The translations under genes were made by a program, and so were the position numbers. Below the pieces are notes generated by a model, which saw nothing but the letters and a program-made list of their open reading frames with translations, did not search any database and was not told the DNA's origin. From positions 1-64,000 of IMG/VR virus record IMGVR_UViG_3300046673_000306: a DNA stretch of 64,000 bases; one strand, 5' to 3'. This document shows positions 9,226-17,935 of this stretch, in pieces (within the stretch, counting starts at the first letter, position 1; the number at the start of each line of letters is the position of its first letter). Source of the DNA: a virus.

Positions 9226-10101
9226 GAACTCCTGCGACTGCCCCTGCTCGTTGGTCACGAGCCAGAACTTCCCGCTCAGGGGCATGACCAACTTCTCCGC
9301 TCCCCAGGACCGGATGACCCCGGCATAGCGCTTCACGTGCTCCGAGGTCGTGAAGTACAGGACCTTGTCCCGGACGACCTTGATAACGGTCTGGGGGTCG
9401 CCCAGGTACTTCCTGAAAATCTCCTCGTCGATCGTGTAGCCGCCGAGATTGGCCCACTCCGCGCCCACGTGCAGGCGGTGGTCGGCCTCACCCGCGTTCT
9501 TGACGTACAGGGGCCCGTGCACGGTCTTCAACAGCGAGCCCACGACCTTGCCGTTGGGCAGCCGCATCGGCACCGACTCCCTGACGATCCCGGCACTGAT
9601 CGACAGGAACGGCCTCGGGTCCACGACGGGAAGGGCCTGCGGATTCCCCGGGGCGGCGACCACCCCGTCCTGAGGGGCCGTGGAGAACGTCTCCTTCTTC
9701 TCGATCTCTACGAACACGTTCGGGCTCGCCCAGTAGGCCTTGCCCTGCTCGATCAGGGCCTTCAACTCCGCCGTGTGCTGGTCCTTGCTGACCACGCGCG
9801 AGACCTTTCCCTTCAGGAACACCGCGTGGTGGGCCAGACTCATCATCGTGTGGTCAGAAATCCTGACCAAACCTTCCGGGTCCGGAAGGCCGACCTCAGA
9901 CTCGCGCACGACCCTGATCTTCTGCCCTGAAGTAAGGGGGATGACCAGGTTGTACCCGCTCTGTTCCAGACGCTGGACGATCTCCCTCTGCCACTCCTCC
10001 TTCATGGGTGGTATGCTGACCACCGGGGGCGTCGTCGGCGGGGCCCCGGCGGCGGCCAGGCGCGCCTCCGCCTGCCTCAGCAGCTCGTGCCAGTCGTCCA
10101 T
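9217..10101 (-). CDS. hypothetical protein
   Basis: 294 aa, operon-packed, GAGG RBS. Confidence 0.7.
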   Translation of the reverse strand: MDDWHELLRQAEARLAAAGAPPTTPPVVSIPPMKEEWQREIVQRLEQSGYNLVIPLTSGQKIRVVRESEVGLPDPEGLVRISDHTMMSLAHHAVFLKGKVSRVVSKDQHTAELKALIEQGKAYWASPNVFVEIEKKETFSTAPQDGVVAAPGNPQALPVVDPRPFLSISAGIVRESVPMRLPNGKVVGSLLKTVHGPLYVKNAGEADHRLHVGAEWANLGGYTIDEEIFRKYLGDPQTVIKVVRDKVLYFTTSEHVKRYAGVIRSWGAEKLVMPLSGKFWLVTNEQGQSQEFGS

Positions 10102-10102
10102 C

Positions 10103-10423
10103 TCACCTCTCCAGTGCGATCTTCATGTGCCTACCATCCTTCAGAGCCTCCAGGAAGGCCTTGTAGCCCTTGTTCACTTCGGTGGTCGGGTTCCAGAACT
10201 CCCGCACCGCCTCCTCCAGCTCCGGGGTACGCTCGAATACGAAGACCCCGGAAGAGCCGGGCTTCCCATTCCGGTTCGGGACCTTCTCCATCCTGAGTAA
10301 GGAGAACTTGTACAGGTGCCAGAACCATCCGTATAAATCGATCTTCACGCTCCAGTATTCGTTCGGGGGCGCCGGGAACTCGCCGCCCTTCTCACCGTCC
10401 CTCTTCGCGCTCTTCTTTGGCAT
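10103..10423 (-). CDS. DUF5659-like small protein
   Basis: VFVFERTPELEEAVREF motif; AAGGAG RBS. Confidence 0.55.
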   Translation of the reverse strand: MPKKSAKRDGEKGGEFPAPPNEYWSVKIDLYGWFWHLYKFSLLRMEKVPNRNGKPGSSGVFVFERTPELEEAVREFWNPTTEVNKGYKAFLEALKDGRHMKIALER

Positions 10424-10440
10424 CTCTATCTCCTTTGGGA

Positions 10441-10469
10441 GGGGAGCCGGGCTCTGGGCCCGGCTCCCC
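10441..10469. terminator. intergenic 12-bp GC hairpin
   Basis: GGGGAGCCGGGC-TCTGG-GCCCGGCTCCCC; no U tract. Confidence 0.45.
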
Positions 10470-10476
10470 AGTCTGG

Positions 10477-11808
10477 TCAGAACGGCGCCGCCGCCGGGGC
10501 CGCCGCCGTGGTCGCTGCGGGCTGACCGGGCTGGTAGCTCCTCGCGGCAGTGACGGCCTGCGACGCGGTGAGGACCCTGTCGAACGGCACGTCCTCGATC
10601 TTCTGGACCTGGACGAGGCTGAGGACCAGGGGCTTCAGCTGCTCGGGCAGCGACGAGAAGTCCTTGATCAACTGCGCCTTCGCCAGCTCCTGAAAGGTCG
10701 GGGCCGGTGCTGCGGGTGCGGGTGCGGGTGCGGGCGCTGCTGCCGGGGCCGCCGGGGCCGGAGCACCCATGCCCGGGAATCCCGGAACCCCCGCCGTGGT
10801 CGGCTGCGCGGGAGGCATCGCCGTGGTCGGGAATCCCGCGACTCCCGCCGTCGTCGGCTGCGCGATAGGGATCGCCGCCGTGATCCCCGGAACCGGAGCC
10901 AGCCCCGTCGCCATCGCCGGAGGGAAGGCCGTGGGGGCCACCGCCGGTGCCAACGTCGGAGCCGGGAGCGCGGCGGGGGCCATTCCCGACATCAGCGGCA
11001 GGCCCGGCGCCGGGTACGAGGCCGCCGGAGCCGGTGCCGGAGCCGCAGCCTGTGACGGCGCTGCGGTCTGGTCCGTGACATTGACGACCTTCGTGACCTT
11101 CGCCAGAACGTTCTGGGCCAGGTCCACGAACTCGAAGTCCGCGTAGCTGTACATCTTCTTGAAGGCCTTGTTCTCGCGCTCGGCGTGCTTGATCTTGATC
11201 ACGCACGTGGTGATGTCCACCCCCATCTGCTGGAGCTTGGGCATCAGGCCCTTGGCCCCGAACATGGCGTAGACCGAGGACTCCGGGGTGTTGACCATCA
11301 CCGGGTTCTCGTGCTCGTACATGACGAGACCGCCCTGGACCGGCACGAACTCCCGGTGCCACTTGATGGTGTAGCGCAGGGAGCAGGCGATGTTGCGGCC
11401 ACCGTCACCGAGATACTGCGGGCGCGCCGTCTCCGGGTGCTGCTCGTAGTACTTGTTGAAGGCGTCGACGCTGCTGATCCTCGGGCAAGAGGGGCAGGCG
11501 ATGCCGCTGTAGGCGGACTTGGCGTCGTCCGACCAACACGCCCGCTCGTTGTCCTTGAAGAACACGCGGTTGGCGCGCGCGGCGCAGACCTGGATGTAGA
11601 GTTCGGCCCGGGCCTCATTCGTCTTCTTGTTCACGAAGCACTTGCGGTCCGTGTCGATCGCCCAGATTTCTCCGAACGAACCACCACCCAGAACATCCGG
11701 TGGAGGAGCCTCGACTGCGCCAGAGGCGTTGGCCTTGTCGAACGGGTTAGCCGTCCTCCCGCCCGTGACCATCGCTCCCGGCGTCCCTGCTGGTACCATG
11801 TCGTTCAT
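10477..11808 (-). CDS. putative ssDNA-binding/recombination protein with Ala/Pro-rich tail
   Basis: CWSDD..CPSCP..C motif, low-complexity linker, terminal PF; replication context. Confidence 0.5.
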   Translation of the reverse strand: MNDMVPAGTPGAMVTGGRTANPFDKANASGAVEAPPPDVLGGGSFGEIWAIDTDRKCFVNKKTNEARAELYIQVCAARANRVFFKDNERACWSDDAKSAYSGIACPSCPRISSVDAFNKYYEQHPETARPQYLGDGGRNIACSLRYTIKWHREFVPVQGGLVMYEHENPVMVNTPESSVYAMFGAKGLMPKLQQMGVDITTCVIKIKHAERENKAFKKMYSYADFEFVDLAQNVLAKVTKVVNVTDQTAAPSQAAAPAPAPAASYPAPGLPLMSGMAPAALPAPTLAPAVAPTAFPPAMATGLAPVPGITAAIPIAQPTTAGVAGFPTTAMPPAQPTTAGVPGFPGMGAPAPAAPAAAPAPAPAPAAPAPTFQELAKAQLIKDFSSLPEQLKPLVLSLVQVQKIEDVPFDRVLTASQAVTAARSYQPGQPAATTAAAPAAAPF

Positions 11809-11832
11809 TTACGATTCCTCCTTGGTTTGATC

Positions 11833-12411
11833 CTATCCACCGATACTGGGCGGAAAGGCACTCACGCTTCCCTCGCCATCGTCCGGGGCGTTGATCCCCG
11901 GGGTCAGGTCCTTGTCCGCGCCTGCGCCGTAGTACCGAGCGCGCCAGGCCTCCGCTCCCTTTTGCAGGGTCCGAAACGTATCCTTGCAGAACTCGTGCAC
12001 CGTCTTCAGGTCCTCGATCGACCACTTCAGGGCGATCAGGTCGGGGTCGATCGTAAGGGCCCGCTCCAGCGCCGCGTCCGACTTCGGGCGCTTCGCCACT
12101 TCCTCGTTCCCGTTCAAGGCCGCCGCCTTCTGGGCCCTGACCCTGTCCATGGCCATGCCGTACTCGTTGAGCTTGAACGCGACGCGGGCGGCCATGACGT
12201 TGGTGTAGCTCATCACGACCTGAATCTTGACCATGAAGTGGGCGACGGCCCCGGGCAGGCAGTCGGTGTCGATGACGTTGGCCTGCTCCTCAGCCAGGTC
12301 CGTGAAGATGGAAAGGTTCAGGTTCGGCTCCCTGTCCAGTACCGCGAGGTTCGGGTTAAGTTCCGACCAGCTCTGAGGAAAATTGCACTTGTCGCTGAAC
12401 AGCTTTATCAT
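11833..12411 (-). CDS. UvsY-like recombination mediator
   Basis: Helical protein with SDAALERALTIDPDLIAL motif. Confidence 0.45.
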   Translation of the reverse strand: MIKLFSDKCNFPQSWSELNPNLAVLDREPNLNLSIFTDLAEEQANVIDTDCLPGAVAHFMVKIQVVMSYTNVMAARVAFKLNEYGMAMDRVRAQKAAALNGNEEVAKRPKSDAALERALTIDPDLIALKWSIEDLKTVHEFCKDTFRTLQKGAEAWRARYYGAGADKDLTPGINAPDDGEGSVSAFPPSIGG

Positions 12412-12776
12412 TTTTGCCTCCCCGTCATGGGATCGCGGGTCACCGCGTTCCTGATCTGGCCCAGAGTCAGGGCCTCGTTCACGCGCTGGATCACCTCTGA
12501 CCTGACCCGGACCATCATCTGCGCCCGCTCCATCGTCAGGCGCATGTTCCAGTTCAGGAAGAGGTTGTGCTTCTCGCTCTCGTACTTGGGGTCGAGCAAC
12601 CGCTCCCACTGGGCCTGCGCCGTGAGCTGCGCGTAGGCCAGGGGCATAGGTAGGTAGACGTACTGCCCCTCCTTGACCGGACCGAAGGCCATGGACCCGT
12701 ACTGGGTCGACGTCGGCCACGTCTCCCCGTAGGTCTCCTCGACGTAACGAACATTCGGCGACTGGCTATGATCCAC
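12408..12776 (-). CDS. hypothetical protein
   Basis: Overlaps both neighbours. Confidence 0.65.
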   Translation of the reverse strand: MDHSQSPNVRYVEETYGETWPTSTQYGSMAFGPVKEGQYVYLPMPLAYAQLTAQAQWERLLDPKYESEKHNLFLNWNMRLTMERAQMMVRVRSEVIQRVNEALTLGQIRNAVTRDPMTGRQK

Positions 12777-14913
12777 TGGCTCTCTCCTTACCGTCAGGTC
12801 CTTCCAGGCCCGGCGCCGGTGGAAGGGTGATGGGCTGGGCCACGGCCCGGGCCGCGATCTCCGCCCGTTTCCTGGGGTCTGCGGGGAATAGCTTCAGGTA
12901 CCTGGGCACGAACTCAAAGTCTACGATGCAGTGCGCGGGACCGTAGCGGTTCTTCAGAATCTTCGACCGCCAGACGCCCTCCAGCTCCTTCTTCTTCGCG
13001 TCTACCAGACCCTCTTCCAGCTCCGGTCGCCAGGCCCCGATCAGGACGTCGGCGGAGTCCCGGACCGCGCTGCTGTCGCGGGCGTGGGAGTCGTCGATGG
13101 CGACGCCTGGCTTACCGGCCTTGGTCGTCTGGTGCAAGCTGACGATCCGGCAGTTGAGGCGCTTGGCCACTTCCTTCTGCTCGCGCGCCAGGTACGACAC
13201 CTGCTCGTAGATGGAGTTGCCGTCGCCGTGGAGGTAGCCGAGATAATCGATGAAGATCACGGACACGGGCCTGCCGAAGTAGGCGAAGCCCGCGCCCCGG
13301 GTGTTCTCCTCGATCATCTTCAGGTTCAGGCCGCCCTGGTCGCAGACCAGGAGGTTCTTGAGCTTGGCGCTCAGGCTCTGGGCCGCCGAGAAAATCTTGC
13401 TGTTCTGGGCGTCGTTACCCGCGACCATCCACCTCTCGACCTCACCTCCATCCATCTCCCCGGCCATCTGCATGAAGCGCTCGAAGACCATCAGCGACTT
13501 TTGCTCAAGGCTGTAGAAGATCATGGGGACATCCGGCTGCGTCTCCCCGATCGACATCATCAACTGCTCCGCGAACGTGGTCTTCCCGGTCCCGGCGGCG
13601 GCGATCAGCTGCCAGACGTCTCCGGGCTTCATGCCCCGCGTGAGCTTGTCGTACGGAGCCCAGCCCGTGTTCACGCGCTGGCTGTCGATCGTGCGCGTGT
13701 ACTCCTCGTACTTTGTGATCAGGCTACCGATGTTGTCGAAGGAGATGCTGGAGACGGCCTCTCCGCCCTTGCCAGTCATGTAGTGGTCAACGATCGCCTC
13801 GTCCTTCGACCACTTCTTGGCGAGGTAGGAAATCAGGTCCTTCTGGCTCAGCGGGTTCTCGGCGATGGCCACCATCGCCTTCGCCCGACGATACTGGAGT
13901 TCAACCACGGGCTCACTGGCCAGGACCTGATCGAGCAGGTACCGGTCCATGGGGATCGACTCCCGCACGATCTTCACCAAGGCATCCTTGCCGTGGTTGA
14001 TCAGAACATCATTCAAATCCTTCGAGCCATCCGGGATCACGACCGCGCGGATGTGGGCCTCAGGCACCGCTGAGTGGATCACGGTGCGGTTCACCAGGAG
14101 CTTGTCCTGGGCCGTCCTATCGTTGCAGGCCGCGAACAGGACCACCATCCCAAGACCGCCCAAAGCCCTTATCTCTTCCGCCTGCTCTTTGGTGACCTTC
14201 GACGAGCAATACGCCACTCCGGTCTTGATCCCTGCTTCCCAGAGCGCAGCACAACACATGTAGCTCTCGCAGAGGATAAGATGCTGGTCCTGGGACAGGA
14301 ACCTCCGGGCCCGGTCAAAGTTATAGAGGATGCTCTTCTTGTCGTAGATTTCATCGGCGGCGTCATTCTTCCACTTCGGTCCGCCCTTGACAGCGTAGTC
14401 GAGATCGCGCCTGGCAAAAGCAACGATGCGCCCAAACTTGTCATTGATAGGTACGACGATCGAGTTCTCGCGAGTGGCGAAGGTGATGCCGAGGTCCTGG
14501 ATAGTCTGGTCCGAGAGCTTACGCTCCTCGCGCAGGTATCGGACCAGCTCGGGTCGCGCGCTGCCGATTGTGGGAAGCGCCGACAGCATATCGGACTTCT
14601 CCTTCCTCCTCTTCTCAGACTTCTCATACCGATCACTCTCTTCCTGGCTGACCACGATGTTGTATTCTATGCACAGGGAACGGGCGGAATCGACGATGCT
14701 GAGATTCTGCCTCCGCGCCTCAAAATCAATTACTGACCCTCCAGAATTGCATTTTCCATAACACCAAAAATGATCTTTATATACGTAAAAACTTGGCGTG
14801 CGCTCCTCGTGGAATGGGCAGCAAGCCTTCATCGGCATCGTAGTACCGTGAAGTTCGACGTGCTTACCTATATGACGAATTATATCGACGGAATCGCGAA
14901 CGCGATTAAACAT
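12766..14913 (-). CDS. DNA primase-helicase (CHC2 Zn finger, TOPRIM, DnaB-like)
   Basis: CPFHEERTPSF..CYGKC; AAAGTGKT, SLEQ, IFIDYL, KNRYG. Confidence 0.92.
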   Translation of the reverse strand: MFNRVRDSVDIIRHIGKHVELHGTTMPMKACCPFHEERTPSFYVYKDHFWCYGKCNSGGSVIDFEARRQNLSIVDSARSLCIEYNIVVSQEESDRYEKSEKRRKEKSDMLSALPTIGSARPELVRYLREERKLSDQTIQDLGITFATRENSIVVPINDKFGRIVAFARRDLDYAVKGGPKWKNDAADEIYDKKSILYNFDRARRFLSQDQHLILCESYMCCAALWEAGIKTGVAYCSSKVTKEQAEEIRALGGLGMVVLFAACNDRTAQDKLLVNRTVIHSAVPEAHIRAVVIPDGSKDLNDVLINHGKDALVKIVRESIPMDRYLLDQVLASEPVVELQYRRAKAMVAIAENPLSQKDLISYLAKKWSKDEAIVDHYMTGKGGEAVSSISFDNIGSLITKYEEYTRTIDSQRVNTGWAPYDKLTRGMKPGDVWQLIAAAGTGKTTFAEQLMMSIGETQPDVPMIFYSLEQKSLMVFERFMQMAGEMDGGEVERWMVAGNDAQNSKIFSAAQSLSAKLKNLLVCDQGGLNLKMIEENTRGAGFAYFGRPVSVIFIDYLGYLHGDGNSIYEQVSYLAREQKEVAKRLNCRIVSLHQTTKAGKPGVAIDDSHARDSSAVRDSADVLIGAWRPELEEGLVDAKKKELEGVWRSKILKNRYGPAHCIVDFEFVPRYLKLFPADPRKRAEIAARAVAQPITLPPAPGLEGPDGKERASGS

Positions 14914-15742
14914 AGAACTCCAGAGCACGTTCTATGGACCAACGCTTGGAATTGATCCTGTAGGATATTGTGTGGAGAGGAATCTTCTGTCTCCTAGACC
15001 ACTCAGACATGGTCAGAGTGATACCACCGCACTCTATGAGCCGATTGCGCCTAGTGTTGTTGGCGGACTCCGTGGGTGTGGACCACTTGCAATTTGATGG
15101 GGAATAACCAAGATCGTTGTTTTTCCTGTCTAAGTACATCCCCTTCGGCCTGGCGCCCATGTCATGGAGGAAATTGGAGAACGATCTCTTCCACCTATCG
15201 CAAACCGTTATACCCCGACCACCATAATCTCTGAACTGCTTGTGGGTCTTCACAGTACAACGATAGACCATCTGCTGCCAGGTTTTATACTCCGACGTCA
15301 CCGCGCCATTGAATGCGCACCCGTGAGTGACATTGGACGCCAACAAGCGCTCCCGGCGCAGGCATCCGCACGACGAAGTCCTACCAGAATCCAGGGCATA
15401 TGCACTCGTGAATGTTTTTCCTCCGCAGCTGCAAGCGCATTCCCATAGGATGTGAATTGCACCGTTTGTCCGACGAACCCGAGTCATTCCGACCACCAAT
15501 AGCCGCCCGAATTTCTTGTTGATTAAATTTCTAAACCCATCATCCCGAACCGTGCGGAAACGACAGCCGCATGAACTAACGTGCCCCGAGGTCAACCGCC
15601 ATGCCTCGACCTTAATTGATTTACCGCACTCGCACGAGCACTTCAGCGTGGCGTGGGGTTTCATGGAAAAACCAACTACCAGCAAGCGCCCAAATTTCTT
15701 GCCGGAGTAAGAACGATACCTCTCCTCCAAATCTCTAATCAT
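14906..15742 (-). CDS. free-standing HNH homing endonuclease
   Basis: Two KKFGRLLVV..CxCxCG..SCGC repeats, YGGRGITVCDRW, LDRKNNDLGYSPSNCKW; lower GC. Confidence 0.88.
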   Translation of the reverse strand: MIRDLEERYRSYSGKKFGRLLVVGFSMKPHATLKCSCECGKSIKVEAWRLTSGHVSSCGCRFRTVRDDGFRNLINKKFGRLLVVGMTRVRRTNGAIHILWECACSCGGKTFTSAYALDSGRTSSCGCLRRERLLASNVTHGCAFNGAVTSEYKTWQQMVYRCTVKTHKQFRDYGGRGITVCDRWKRSFSNFLHDMGARPKGMYLDRKNNDLGYSPSNCKWSTPTESANNTRRNRLIECGGITLTMSEWSRRQKIPLHTISYRINSKRWSIERALEFYV

Positions 15743-16176
15743 CAGAATTCCCCAGCGATCCCCTTCTCCTCATGAGCAGAGAACTCTGCGATCTTGGCAG
15801 CCTTGGGCACCTTACCCTTCCCATTGCAGTGCGGGCACCTGACCATCTCCGTCACGTTCCGCGTCGGGGGCCTGCCCGTGAAGCTCCAGACCAGGCAGAC
15901 CTTCCCGCTCACCGAGCACTTGCGCTTGGACACGGCCTCGACCACGTCCAGGTTCTTCAGCTCGGTGAGCCTCGGCCTGACGCAGTCCCGCTGCGTCACG
16001 TTCAGCCTAGCCGTGACCTCGTTAGCGGTCATGGGCCCGTAGCTGTCGATGGCGACGACCACCAGCTTCTGGAGGTCTGAGACCAGGCCGTTGCCAACGA
16101 TCTGCTGGTATACCTCCCGCGAGATCGCGGCGCCGCTGACCGGGACCTGCGGCAGGTCCATCTGCGCGCTATCCAT
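15742..16176 (-). CDS. winged-HTH protein with CxxCxGxG finger
   Basis: GPMTANEV..VRPRLTEL; CPHCNGKG. Confidence 0.65.
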   Translation of the reverse strand: MDSAQMDLPQVPVSGAAISREVYQQIVGNGLVSDLQKLVVVAIDSYGPMTANEVTARLNVTQRDCVRPRLTELKNLDVVEAVSKRKCSVSGKVCLVWSFTGRPPTRNVTEMVRCPHCNGKGKVPKAAKIAEFSAHEEKGIAGEF

Positions 16177-16648
16177 TGATCGCCTCCTCACCCACGGTCG
16201 GTGGCAGATGGGTGGTGGACGCTGACGCGGGTCCCGAGGTCTGGGGCTGCGGGGCGCCGGTCGCGGTCTGGCCCAGGACCGCCCGCGAGCCCACGGCGAG
16301 GTTGGGCCTGATCAGGTCAGAGATCGAGATCACTCCCCCCGAGGCCTTGGCCACGGCATCGAAGAACAGTCCGAAGGCGACGCGCCCGCAGTTGTCCTTG
16401 AGCCACGGGAGCTTGGACCGGCGTGAGACGCACGTGCCCCAGGCCCCGTACTCGTCGACCAAGCTCTTTATTGACTGGATGCTGACCTTGCTGCGGCTGC
16501 CACGGAACCGAAGCTCGATCACGCGCTTGAACTCCTCCCACGCGCAATCGGCGAAGGCGGCGGCCTGGACTTCGGCGGCCTTGTTTGGGGTCATAACCTT
16601 CCCCTTGGTGGATGCCAGTATTTTTTCCACGGCTTCTTTCGCTTTCAT
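16169..16648 (-). CDS. hypothetical protein
   Basis: Overlapping start/stop codons; GGAGAGG RBS. Confidence 0.6.
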   Translation of the reverse strand: MKAKEAVEKILASTKGKVMTPNKAAEVQAAAFADCAWEEFKRVIELRFRGSRSKVSIQSIKSLVDEYGAWGTCVSRRSKLPWLKDNCGRVAFGLFFDAVAKASGGVISISDLIRPNLAVGSRAVLGQTATGAPQPQTSGPASASTTHLPPTVGEEAING

Positions 16649-16902
16649 TTCCTCTCCCATGCGTCGAGTGCGGCTACGTGCGCCAGGCCCCAGTGCATCA
16701 GCGCGATCTCGAAGGTCACGATCGGGCCCCTGCCTTCGAGTACGGCCTTCCACGTCGAGTCTAGGTCAGCCTTCGTCACTGCCATGGCCACGGCCAGGTC
16801 CGGGCGCTGCTGGTCGAGCCAGGGACCCGTACCCTCCCTCCAGCGGTGGGCGAACGTGCCCTTCACCGACGAGAACTTTTGGGACAGGTCCTGGGCCGTC
16901 AC
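16645..16902 (-). CDS. hypothetical protein
   Basis: GTG start after GGAGG; GTGA overlap. Confidence 0.55.
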   Translation of the reverse strand: MTAQDLSQKFSSVKGTFAHRWREGTGPWLDQQRPDLAVAMAVTKADLDSTWKAVLEGRGPIVTFEIALMHWGLAHVAALDAWERK

Positions 16903-17084
16903 GGCTTCCTCCTGGGCTTCTGGTGCCGGGAGCAAAGGAACTTCCCCCCGACCTTCCTCAAGCCGTGGGTGATCATGCAGCCGTGGGCTCTGGCGTACGT
17001 CGTGTCCTTGACCCAGGCCTCGCAGTACTCTCCGCGACGGGCGCGTCGGATTCCAGGAGTCACGGGGTAAGTGATCGGGGTCAC
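16899..17084 (-). CDS. small Cys/His protein
   Basis: Fills the operon gap with 4-nt overlaps on both sides. Confidence 0.5.
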   Translation of the reverse strand: MTPITYPVTPGIRRARRGEYCEAWVKDTTYARAHGCMITHGLRKVGGKFLCSRHQKPRRKP

Positions 17085-17935
17085 TGGGACCTCCTCTTGC
17101 CCCGGTTCTCCCGGGGGTTGTCGATAGTTACGATGTCTCCGTTGCCTTCGAGCCGGGACATGATCGGGTGGCCGTAGTTGTCGCCCAGGGCCTTGGCCAC
17201 GCGCTCGACCGTGGGCTCGTTGTCGGTGACGATTACGGGCTTGCGGTTGTTCGTCCTATTATTGACCACCTCAAAGATGTGGCTCAACTTCTTATCGTCC
17301 CCACCCCGGAACCGCGTGAGGTCGTCGATGACGAGGAGGTCGGTGGTCTCAAGCCTCTTCTCGTAGTCGGCGAGGGACCTGCGGCTGGCCTTGCAGCCCG
17401 GGTCGGTGTTCTGCTCGTCTTGGGCCTGCCCGCGAGGGAGGACCGGGTACCTCAGGTAGTGCTCAGAAATCTTTCCGAACCACTCCACGGGCTGGACGAA
17501 GCAGCAGACGTCCTGGTGGCACACGGATTCGGTCCAGTAGTCCTCGATAAGCTGCTGCATGATCGCGCACGCGAGGTGGGTCTTGCCCGCGCCGCTGTCG
17601 ACGCCGAGCAGGATCAGGCACCGGCCACCGTTGCGGGCCCTGGTCCAGCCCCCGGCGTCCGGGGCCCCCTGCCAGTTGGTAGCGTACTTGTACGCGAAGT
17701 CCACGACGTTCTGGTAGTTGGGGTAGCGCTCGCGGACCGTGACGCTGCCGTTGTCGAAGCGCTTGCCCTGGTACTTGGGGGGGATGCGAGCTTCCGAGGA
17801 CACGGCCAGGGCCTTGATCATGTCGGGCCAGCACGCGCAGTGGATAACGCCCTTGCCATCGGGACCCATGACCCAGGCCGATCCTTCGCACATGCCGTGG
17901 GGGCAGTGCCACTTCCCGGCTAGGTCAAAGCTCAC
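17081..17935 (-). CDS. DnaC/IstB-like AAA+ helicase loader
   Basis: N-terminal Cys cluster, GAGKTHLA, LLVIDDL, VNNR, IMSRL. Confidence 0.88.
   Translation of the reverse strand: MSFDLAGKWHCPHGMCEGSAWVMGPDGKGVIHCACWPDMIKALAVSSEARIPPKYQGKRFDNGSVTVRERYPNYQNVVDFAYKYATNWQGAPDAGGWTRARNGGRCLILLGVDSGAGKTHLACAIMQQLIEDYWTESVCHQDVCCFVQPVEWFGKISEHYLRYPVLPRGQAQDEQNTDPGCKASRRSLADYEKRLETTDLLVIDDLTRFRGGDDKKLSHIFEVVNNRTNNRKPVIVTDNEPTVERVAKALGDNYGHPIMSRLEGNGDIVTIDNPRENRGKRRSQ

Noticed and set aside
10700-11060. GC-rich repeats in the SSB-like gene and PKPE repeats near 51017-51078 as non-coding arrays
   Set aside because: Codon-phased low-complexity protein linkers.
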